In this document: one piece after another, positions 1 through 11,501 of the stretch
How the letters are laid out: each line of letters begins with the position of its first letter
How positions within the stretch are numbered: position 1 is the stretch's first letter
NCBI GenBank assembly: GCA_904063045.1
Contig: CAJFCJ010000009.1
Coordinates: 1,612,968 to 1,676,967, forward strand
Reading direction: 5' to 3'
Source of the DNA: Dimorphilus gyrociliatus
Taxonomy: Eukaryota > Animalia > Annelida
DNA: 64,000 nucleotides
Translations under genes and position numbers: made by a program
Notes under the pieces: model-generated
What the model was told of the DNA's origin: nothing
What the model saw: the letters and a program-made list of their open reading frames with translations, nothing else
The model's database searches: none

Positions 1-3000
1 CCACTAGTAGCTGAGGCAATTCGACCAGCTACGCACGATCTACATTTATCAGCTCCAGAGGCACTACACGTTTTACATCCAGCAGTACATGCTTTAAAAA
101 GAGTTTTACTTTTAGTAATAGCCTAACGAGTTTCTTATGAAGTTCTACCTGAACAGGTGTTTCCATCGAGAAAAAATCCATCGTTACATTGACCAGCGTT
201 ACACTGGCTAGCAGTTGTACATTGCTTAGCTTTGCAGTTGGAGTCGCAAGCTTAAAAATTGCATTTAGTGTAATTAATATAAATCATAATTTTATTGCGT
301 TGGAAAATTTTTGGATTTACTTACCAATACACATCTTTGAAGAACTATCATAACCTTGAGGTGATGGACAATAAGCGGCTCCGTCACATTTTCCTACTCC
401 TTCTACTGAACATTTCGTGCAGCCAGTTTGACAAGCTTCGCAGGCCCTTGTTGATGGATTCATTGCATAACCAGCAGTACACTTTCCATCATCACATTTA
501 TTATTTCCTCTAATGTCACAATTGTTGCAATTGGTTTCACAAGCTATATTATTAAATTTAAAACTTATTTAACGGGTAATCAATATAAACTTTATAACTT
601 ACGAACGCAACTTGTATCACTAGCTCTCTGGAATTTTGGTTTACAGGTTGTACATTTAGCTTTATCAGCTTGACAGTCACCACAGTTTGTGACATCGCAG
701 GCTAAAACATTTGAAAAGTAGTTAATTATTTTTGTAGTACAAAAGCTAAAAAAATTAAAATACGTTCGCAAGTAAAATCACTCTTTCTTCTGTATCCAAG
801 CTGGCATTTACCAATATCGCATTTTCCCACTCCATTTGCTTCGCAAATATCACAGCCACCAGAACAGGCTTCACATGTATGATCGGATTTGTACCTTTTT
901 GTAATAATACATTTATTTTTGTCGCATTTTCCAGCTCCTCCACTTGCTCCTTGGGTAGCACATTGACCTGATTCACAACTTGCATGGCATGCTGTTTGGG
1001 TTATACAATAAAATGAAATAGTGCTACTAAATTTAACTTCTGGAATAGAAATCGGCTGTCTTACCAACGCATGTTTGGTCGCTGGTTTTGTACACATAGG
1101 GAGATGAACATTGTCCTGCATTACATTTATTTTCCGCGGTACACTGACCAGAGTTACAGTTAGTATCACAAACTGAAAAATAGAAGCTTTTGTTAACAGT
1201 ATTCACAAGTTTGATATACGAAATTACCTTTGCAGGTGCTGGTACCAGAATCAAAGAAGGTATTTCCAATACACTGACCAGACATACATTTTCCAGCCTC
1301 AGTACATCTTGAACAATGAGTGGCTTGACAAGCTGAACAGGTTTGGGAACCCGAAACATATGCGTATCCATTTTCACATCCGTCAGAATCACATTTTGTT
1401 CCACTGCTGATGGTGTTGCATTTTAGGCAGTTGCTACTACATCCGATGCAGGTTAAACCATCACTACTCCTTCTAAAACGCTGAGCACAACCTCTATCCA
1501 GACATTTTCCAGTTGTATCGCATTTAATACAGTTACTTGGACAAGCAACACAAGCTCCGGAATTATAAGCATATCCATGTTTACATTTGTTAGAATCACA
1601 GGTAGCAGCCGATTCGTCAGAATTCATGGAACATCTAGCGCAACCTGCAGGACATGCAAAGCAACTCCTGTCTCTCTTTTGTGTGTATCCCGGTTTGCAT
1701 CCTCCTGGTTTGCATTCAGTATTATCTGTTCCAGTAACTTGTGTACAGTGATCACAATTACTTGGACAAGCCAAACAAATCAGATTATTGTCTTTAACTT
1801 GATATCCCAATTTACATTTATCACATTTCGCAGCACCCAAAGAAGCGCAAGTTTCACAGTTGGCTCTATCTGCGCATTCATCACAGGCCGTATTGTCAGC
1901 TTTCTTTTTGTAACCGGGCAGACAAGTATCGCATTTGCCTGGTCCATTCGTAGCACAGGTCAGGCAGTTTGAGGTGCAAGCTTCGCATAATTTTGTTCCA
2001 GAATTTTGTTTAAATCCACTAAGGCATGTATCACATTTACCTCCACCAGCAGTCGTGCAAGATGCGCAATTCGACGAACATGCGACACAAAGACCATTTG
2101 ATTTAGCAAATTTGGCATTACATGTTTGACAAACTGTCTTGGCAACAGTTTGATCAACAGTTATGGTACAAGAATTACAGTTGTCGGGACATTCTAAAGG
2201 TGAATGACGTAATCATTAATTTAATCAAGTAATAAAATAGTAATTTTATAAACTTACTATGGCAGACGTTAGTTCCGGTTCGTTTCACATAACCACTAGA
2301 ACAGGTAGAACAAATAACTCTACCTCCACTAAGGGAACAGTCGCTACAACCAGGTGGACAGGCGATACATTTTTTTGCCGAAATTTTGTGATGATTTGCT
2401 ACACAAGTTTGACAAGTTTGCGTACTTCCATCCGTTGTACAGGTAAGACAATTACTTGGGCAAGCTCTACAAGTTCCATCAGTATGTCTTACATATCCTT
2501 GATTACACTGACCAGTATTACATTTGGCTGAATTCGCTGTTGTGTCAAAGACACATTGACCAGATTTACAATTGGAGCACACTGAGGAAGAATTAAAAGC
2601 ATTATTAGTTAAAATTGATTCTGAAACGAGTGTAAAATTCTTCCAACTAGATCTTACAGTGGCATGTTTTATCTGTGGTTTTCATGGCGTAAGTTGATTT
2701 ACATTCAATGCATGTAACTGTTGAACCAGATTTTGTACAAGCTAGACAACCAGATGGGCACGCTGTCAGAGAAAGAAGATATAATTAGATATTTTTAGAA
2801 TACTTTTTATTTAATCTTACATGTGCATCGTCCGTTACTTTCTCTATAGTAACCAGGATCGCATTGTTGATTCATACATTTGGATTGACCATCGATTATT
2901 TCGCACATTTTGCAGTTTGAAGGACAATCAACACAACCAGATTTATCGGCATTCACGGTCTTCTTTGAAGCGCAAACAGCGCACTTGATCAAGTATTCTT

Positions 3001-4827
3001 TATCAGCATAGCAATATGTACAACCAGAAGGACATTCTGGACATGTGCCATCATCTCCTTTGTAGGCTGATCCCGCTGAGCATTTATTCCATAAACATTT
3101 TGTTGTTGTACCATCGTCAGTGCATTCTGTACATCTATCAGGGCATTCTGGAAAAAACGAGATAGGTTTATCAAAGATTTGTTATTGAAGACGAAGAGAT
3201 CGTACTGTAACATTTTCCATCACTGGATCGAACAGCAAAACCAGATTTACAGCTAGAAGATTTGCATTTAGTTATACCAGAAGTATAAGTACAAGAGACG
3301 CAGTTTGGTGGGCAAATATGGCATGTTCCTGATGCCGAATTCCAGGCGTATCCGGTTCTACAGCCGGCAGATTTACAAACAACTTTTCCATTTATTATTT
3401 CACAGCTCAAACAATTATCAGGACAGACTAAAACAAAAAATGAAGTCTTTAGAATTATTTTTCTAATGGAATAACTATGAACACTTACAATCGCAAGTCT
3501 TCATTTGTACTATTTCATAATAGGTTCTACATTTGGTACATGTTGTAGTTGTTCCCGCAGCGTCTACTGTGCATGTTAAGCAATTTGGTTTACATGCAAC
3601 ACAACCACTTTTATCAGTTTTAACTCCATAACCATTTACGCAATCGGTACAAGTTGCTGTACCAGTATTACCAGCATCAGAACAAGCGTCTGATTTACAA
3701 CCAGCTGGGCATACAGTACAACTCTTTTTGTTACCAGGAATAACATAACCACTTGAGCATTTGGTACAGAATTCGGGAGCACTATTATCAGACTTGATAT
3801 CACATTCCATGCAAGCTGAAGAAATACTTGAACATGCAAGACAATCAGTTTTATCTGGTTTTAAACCGTAAGCAGAAACGCAGGCGGAACATTCTGCTAC
3901 ACCATTGCTGTCAGAATCGGCACATTTCGAACATTTTGAAGGACAATCTGCAATATAAAAAGAACTAACTCATTGACTTGTAAATTATGAAATATATTAG
4001 TATAAATGTAAAAAAGAAAATGATAATATTAACTCACCTACGCAACCACTTTTATCTCCTTTTAAACCTTTTGAAGAGATACATACTTCACATCTATCTG
4101 CGGTTCCGTCATTATTCTCATCAGAGCAGGTTGTACATCCGGGCATTGGTGTTCCGCAAGCTAAAACGCATATTTGTTTAATAATTCAAATTCATTAAAA
4201 GTATTAAACTTTTATTAGTCATAAATAGCAAATGATAGACTTACGGACGCAATCCGTTTTGTCTTTTTTCATGCCATGTACGGCTATACAAGTAAGACAT
4301 TCTGGTGTTCCATCATTATTTTTGTCCTCACAGGTGGCGCAATTGGTTGGGCACTCTAATGAGAGGATAATAGTTTATAGGTTAATAATTAATTATTGTA
4401 AGAGATATTAATCATCACTTTGACAAGTTTTATCCGAATCTTTCAACCAGTAGCCTGTAATGCATGTTTTACATTCCGTTTTATCGCCTTCCGTATTATT
4501 GCAAATTGCACATTTATCAGCGCATGCTGAAAGTGAAGCAATTAATTAATATCCAAAAAAATTGTTTAGAAAGTTTACTTACGTAAACATTTAACTCTTG
4601 TATTAGCAATCACATATCCAGCTGGACAAACTTTACATACTAGCCCAGTATCGCTACATGTATCGCAATTTTTTATAGCCGTGCAAGCTAGAATAAAGAA
4701 AATCAGAGTTAAAAATTTATAGAATATAGGTAAAGGGTAACTTACTTCCTGCGCCTGTTGTAGCTGCTTCAATTTCTATGAAATTTAGCAGGATACAGCA
4801 GACTCCCGCAATTAATTTAAAATTCAT
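1..4827 (-). CDS. Secreted cysteine-rich protein with many furin-like (CxxC...C) repeats; multi-exon; 3' end runs off the left edge of the window
   Basis: Exon 1 (ATG 4827 to donor at 4745) reads MNFKLIAGVCCILLNFIEIEAATTGAG, a signal-peptide-like sequence. Later exons (ORFs 3475-3810, 3171-3410, 2807-2992, 2175-2582, 1193-1840, 1033-1404 etc.) repeat ACPxxCxxC...CxxGY units. The frame is still open at base 1 (ACTAGCKTCSASGADKCRSCVAG). Confidence 0.8.
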
Positions 4828-4892
4828 ACTCCTGTTTTCCAATTTGTTGAAGTTAACTTTATTTCTTTAATTTCTGAAAAGATAGAAGATTA

Positions 4893-6560
4893 TTGAATAG
4901 AATTTCCATAGAAATTCATCTATTTATACGAGCATTATTATATAAATATATTCAGAAGGTATACAGACATGATATGAATAAATCGCTAAAGTTTTATCAA
5001 TATCAATGTTATAAGTGGCGGATGTTTCTAAGCTCTTTATATCGATTCATTATGCATTCAAGCATCAAAGAGGAGCATTTTAACACATAAACATATATAT
5101 ATAGAGCATCTAGAGCGCACATTACATGTCGAGTTGTTTGTTCACATCTTATAAGCTGCACTATTCTATCTTGAAACGTTTGAACTGAAGGTCTTAGTTT
5201 ACTTTTCAAGTTTTTTTTTTTAATCTCCTCTTGAATATTAATGAGTTTCTTTAACTAAAAACAAAGATATTGGCAATATTGATGGAGAAAATATATAAAT
5301 CTTCTCTCTAGGCTTTTTACTTTAATATTTTGAATATTAAAAAGAATTAAACTATTAAAAAAGTATTTAATAAAAGTATTTTAATTGATAAAGAATAATA
5401 AACTTTAACAATTGAAACTTACGAATTAGATTCTTTCTCGGTTAGTTTATGAATTATTTTTAAAACGGAAAGTTCTATGCCTTCTTTTTCAAGATAATGT
5501 TCGATTAGACGTTCTTCAACGAAAGGCAAATGTTGATTGGCCGTTGCAGAATGTAGTGCTGTACCTTTTGAATCCACTCTAATGTTGTCTTGACAACGAA
5601 TGATACAACGCTAATATAATTTCCAAATCGATGATCAATGATCGATTTAGAATGAAAGAAAACTTGCTATTGGAAGAGTCGGATTGAATAGAGTACCCAT
5701 GAATTTTAAATGCCGTTCAAGCCCTTGTTCAAACAGAACTACTGAACCAATTAAATTTTGTCAAATTGACAATATATGAAGAAAGATTAGAATTCAATAA
5801 TAACTTATCTATAGTTTTATAATTTTGGTTCTCAATATTTAATCAATTTATAAACAAATGATAAAAATTGATTATAAACCCTCAAAGGCATTTCAAAATG
5901 AACTATTACCAAGCATATTGTCATAACAACTCTAAACATATAGATTTCCCTAATTAAAGTTGTTTTGCAGTTTTGTAGTTGTTTTTTTGTTGGATTTCTT
6001 TTTTTATTTTGTCTTATTTAACCTAGAGGAAATTCAATAAACTGTAATAAAGCTTTTTATAAAAATTTATCTCAATCTCTCTATCTCTTTATGCTTTCTT
6101 ATTCTATGGTAAATTTAACTAAAACGAAACAACTTATAAAGCAATCTTTCATTTTAAATGAGTGTCAATTGAGATTTGTTTAATCAGAATGGAATGAAAA
6201 AATTTCTCCATCAATCTCTTTTCTTTATTAAACCTTTTGAATAAACTTGATTGGTTATATAGAATGATTGAATTTTTGCAGTGTTGTAACCAATAAAACA
6301 ATCGACTTTTTTCTTTCCAGCCCTTTTCAAGCTATATTCGCAGCAAAGGGTAATTAATTTAGGTATTGTTCCGTTACCCTAACAACATCTAACATTAGTA
6401 TAAATAAATATCAACATAGCATTAGAAACAGTAGCTCTTGCACAATGCCGCTCATTAGAATTTTATCTAGAACTTTCGCGATAAATATATTATCTAATTA
6501 TAAAGAATTCCTAATACAGGAGAGAGAAAGGTGAAGAACGTATCTTCTAAAGTTCAAAAA
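4893..6560 (+). pseudogene. Possible decayed coding fragments of unknown family
   Basis: Patches of higher GC keep protein-like frames broken by stops, e.g. ~5475-5820 LCLLFQDNVRLDVLQRKANVDWPLQNVVLYLLNPL*CCLDNE*YNANIISKSMINDRFRMKENLLLEESD*IEYP*ILNAVQALVQTELLNQL and ~6418-6483 ALETVALAQCRSLEFYLELSR*. No family recognised; strand not certain. Confidence 0.2.
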
Positions 6561-7954
6561 CCTATATTTCTTCCTTTCTTCAACAGTTCACTTATTATGA
6601 AAATTTTCCCTTTTTTTCCTACATTTCCTGTGATAAATCATCGCTTATCTTTATATATCTTCAATATATTCTATGGACATTAAATTTATCAAAACGTAAT
6701 AAATCCTAAATAAATATTAATTAATCTGTAATTTTTTTAAATAAAAGATATATTTCAACTTTAAAAAATGCAAAAAGTTCTAGAACTATCAACTAGATGC
6801 AGTACATTTATATGTTACATTAATTTCCAATAAAATTACGCAATTCTCTATTGCAGTTGTCAATGCAAAAACAGCAAGATATGTATTAATATATATATAT
6901 ATATATGCAGTATATATATCTCTTTACATTCGAAAAAAAAGATTAATTTATGGAAATGGATTATGCTGTATATAACACTGCATTTGTAATTATGACGAAT
7001 TTATTATAATAGAGTTTTTTTCTTCTATTTCATCGAATTCTAGGCCCAATCTGGAAATTTTGAATGAATAATTTAAATATTGGAGTGAATGTGATAAATT
7101 AAAATTTTTATATCCTTCTTCTCACATTTATAATTCTTTCTTTTTATTTCTTATATTGTTGTTACTAGTTTAATCATTACTTAGTTATATTTTAGGTAGG
7201 CCTATAAAAACTACGTATACTGTTTGGTATTATTATTAAACCAAAATGAATTTAGTTTTTGTCTTAGAGACGATAAATAAGATATAATAGTTTTATGAAT
7301 AGATTTTAAAGCTTATGTTTATTGTTATATGAAAGAGTATAACAATACGATTCGTTTCAACATGAAGAAGAGTTATTATTAAATAATTATGAGGTAAAAA
7401 TCTATGATTATGAATAATGAAAATAAAAGGAATCTTTATATATTGAAATGAATATTTTCCCCTTATTAATGAAATTCTTTGAAATCTATGTGTAATACCA
7501 TTATAGGGTTGTACTAATAGTTTTTATCTGAAATTTTGCTCTATATATTATTAGTTTTTTTATAACTTCAGTGTAAAGTCTGTACCGAAGTATCATTAAA
7601 CCAAATCTACGTAATAGATAAATCAAGATTTGCATTAAAATATCTATTGGTATTTCTTTGTTATACTTAGGAAAATGGTAAAAAAAAAAGAGGTCATTTA
7701 ATTTTTAACATCAATAATTTGTATTTTAAAGATGTTCATGTTTTGATTTCTTTTAAAAAAAAATCTGTGATTAGATGAGGTAACTAAAAAAAATGTACTT
7801 TAAAATGGACGTCTTCAGTCATAATAAAATGAGCAAATCTGGCTAAATATGGCAATTTTCCGATATTAGACTTTCGATGAATTATTTGAGATTTTAGACT
7901 GTTGGGATAATATGAAAATTTTCTTTTTATAAAAACAAAAGATTTATAAACGAA

Positions 7955-10738
7955 TCAATCATTTACCTTTAACAAATCGACAAAATCGACACCAACATTA
8001 TGCGGATCTAGACAAAAGTCTTGAGCGTAAACAACTTGTAACCTATGCTTTAGTAAATACGGTCCCCATTGCTTGCTAGGTCTAAAAGAACTTCCTATAT
8101 CCTAAAAAAAGAAAGATAAGATAATATCTTATTCTTTATAAATCAATCATTAAAAAATTTACTTTTTTTAAAAGATTCTGTACCAGTTTAAAAGCACCAT
8201 AACCAATTAGAACTAAACCTCCAGATATTGCTATTAACCATCCTAAAACTTCCGACCATTTAGGATAATAGTAGTCAAGGCGAAAGAATGATTCGTACTA
8301 AAATATAACAAAAACTATTTAACTATCTTCTGACGAAGTATCTTATGAATTATTTAACCTCTACAGCTTCAAAAACAAACACAAAGATAGCGGAGATTGG
8401 TGTAATAACACCCCAGGTAATAATCCACCAATATTTAGAGCAAGACCAATTACATATAAAGCAAACTTTCTTAGATCCTATCATAAGTCCAACGTCCTCG
8501 GTGAATCTAGTTACGCCTGTTAAATGTTATAAATGTGTTGTATAATTTGTTTTAAGGTATTTTATATAATGACAAACCATAAATGTAAACAATAGAAATA
8601 CACTCCAGGAAGCATAGAATATATTTAATCCAATTTTTTGTAAAGATATCCAATAGATACGTCAAGTATAGACCACCCTATTTGAAAACAAAGGGAGATA
8701 AAAATAGCGTCTATTAATAATTTGGAAAGTTTTTATTTGTCCTCTTTTTCCATAGTTATGTTATTTAACTAATTACTTTACCAACTTACATTGCAACACA
8801 AAGGTAATCCCAACAAGAAAAATATAAAACAAAGGCCAAATGATAACCTTATATTTCTTTTTCGAAAGTAATTTGGATTTAGATCGTATAAGGAACTTTT
8901 TATTGAATTAACATAGGCTAAGCTAGTATCTATACCAAGAAATAAAATCAATAGGAACAAAACCGAAGTCCACGAAGCTGATGCAGGAATGTAAGAAATT
9001 ATAAATGGTACGACTATAAATAGGAAGTCAATTGAGTGTTCCAGAAGGAAAACATCGTCAGTGCTATCAACTGCCAACCTCAACGCTTCCCCAAAAAAAG
9101 AAAATACTGTCAAGCCACACAATATTGAAAATATATGATTGGTTAGGGTAACAAGAATTGTATCCCTGTTAAAAGGTGAATTTTTCAATTGAATATATCA
9201 ATTCTACAAACGTGTTTTTATACTTTAACGTCTCATTATGAAATCGATTAAAACTAGCCAAAGTTATAAGTGTACCCTCGCAAAGTCCAAGAGAAAATAT
9301 TGTTTGCTTCACCGAATCAACCCAAATTTCAGATCCAAGTAATTGATTAATATTAAACTAAAAAGATGAAAGTATAAGTATAATTATTCAAATTATTAAT
9401 AGATTTATAGGTCAAATCACCTCATCATACAAGACTTTTAATCCTTCTTCTCGACCTTTCAACAAAAGACCTCGTAACAGTAACGATAAAAGCAAAGTAC
9501 ATTTTGCAAAATTTGTAAAGTAGACAATCTTTTAAAGATAATAAAGGCAATATTATATATTAGTTCTGTGAGGTTTTAACTTAGAAAGCTACCTTTCCAT
9601 AATACTTCATCCCTTTAATTATTGCTAAAAAAGATAGAATCCATAAAATTCCACTACAGACAGCTAATTCCCATTGGATTGTTCCAAATTTGTTCATATC
9701 GTAGTCTGTCGATTTTGTCAACCTTGAATAAAAGAATTCTTCAGTTGGAAGAGTCCATTTAAACTAAATTGGAAGGATAAAGATCTATTAAAAAGATATT
9801 ATTACTAGAAAATATTACTGTACAATATGAGAATCATGAGAAATATTATAGACGCTTTTGTCAAGATCTCCTAAAGGAACTGAATGATATAATTTAGTTT
9901 CCCCACCGAAGGTTAAATTTCTTGATCCGTAACAACGACCATTGGCAAGATTGACTGAAGTATTATACATTGCTTTGACTGTTTCATTTAGGCATAATTT
10001 GGCTTCATCTTTCATAATTAAAAGAATACAATCTACAAAAGATCAAATAAGTGACAAGCGTTTAAATGTTGGAAATTGTTAAAGAAAAGATAAAGAAAAA
10101 GAGAGTTACGTGGTGTATTCCATTCATTATCGCATCTTGTCCATTTTGACTCTGATCTATAAACTATACTATATCCAAAATACCAAAGTCCCCATGTAAT
10201 AATACTCATATAATATATTGATGTTATGCAGAGTAACATAATCATACAGAAACCAACACCTGTCAAAAATTTTTATACAAGATATTTTTTAAGATATCGT
10301 GAAAGAATATTAGTAGTAGAACCTTTCATGATCGGTAAGTAAGTCCAACAAGTCAGCATACTACTACTAGTAAACTGACCTAAATTTAATTCCAAGTAGA
10401 ACATAGGAATACCCACGAATATTAAGGACACGCAATACGTAATAAGAAATGCAACTACAATAATTATATATATTGAGAGAGAACTTATGTTAATGTTTAA
10501 TTATTATTGAAGATACTAACATCCACCATGTTTGTAGCACATATAAGGAAACTGCCAAATATTACCTAAACCAATAACACATCCTATTGCAGCTAAAACA
10601 AAATCTGCTCTTCCAATCCAATTTCCCCTTTCTTCATTCTCTTCGAGAGAAAAATCTTGTTTTTCAGTGTCTTGTAAACTTTTAATTGGATGTTTTGTTT
10701 GCTAATAGTATAGTAATAATAGTATATACTACAGACAT
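7955..10738 (-). CDS. SLC6 / neurotransmitter:sodium symporter family transporter (divergent), multi-exon
   Basis: TM1 ERGNWIGRADFVLAAIGCVIGLGNIWQFPYMCYKHGG; EL2 WTRCDNEWNT; TM6 WVDSVKQTIFSLGLCEG; TM8 LFLGIDTS; TM10 GGLYLTYLLD; C-terminal RPSKQWGP...VND* with the stop at 7955. The start codon is tentative. Confidence 0.88.
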
Positions 10739-11240
10739 GTATATATAATACGCAACAATTAACGGACAGACTTTACACTCACTATATCCCGTATTTTATT
10801 TTTTGCAGCATTATAAGACTTTTTATCAGTCATCTTTATCCTTTCAAATCAAACTGTAAATCGCAGTACAAATATTTAATACTTGATATTGAAATTTATG
10901 ATACTAGGAATCTAATGCATAAATATACCGGTCTGAAAATATAATTTAAATAACAGAGGAAAGTGTCAAACAACTAAAGATTTAATATAATGCATTGTAA
11001 AAATATATGTTAATGTCCTTAGAATTTATTAAAGAAATAAGGTTTTTATAAATATTTATTCGAGTAGTCCATCCTCTTTGCATACTTTTGATAGTAAACA
11101 AGTTTAAGAAAGTAATAAATCTAAAAGTGTCATTCCTTAGACACAAAATTTCTCTTCCAAGTAAAACGCATTTATGTTTTAAAGTTAAATTCATAAAGAA
11201 GAGTTTCGAATACAGAGTTATTTTATACTGTATATACATC

Positions 11241-11278
11241 ATATATATATACAGTATATATATATATATATATATATA
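11241..11278. repeat. (TA)n microsatellite interrupted by CAG
   Basis: Sequence is (AT)5-ACAG-(TA)12. Confidence 0.9.
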
Positions 11279-11501
11279 TTAACATACCAATAGGAGAAGA
11301 TATGTAAAGCCTGTACGATTAAACAATCTGTTTGAACGTTATAGTTTTGTATAAACATGTCTATATTGTGATGTTTTTAATACACATGTTTAGAATTCAA
11401 ATTCAAATGAAAAGTAATGGGTTGATTTATTGAAAATTTCCTCCATTGAATTGTATTATTAAAGAATATTGCAATTGAATAAGAGGCCTTTATCTATCTC
11501 T

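Noticed and set aside
295-2531. Plus-strand ORFs 295-513, 1577-1972, 1935-2129 and 2259-2531
   Set aside because: Antisense shadows of the Cys-repeat exons, with no independent protein signature.
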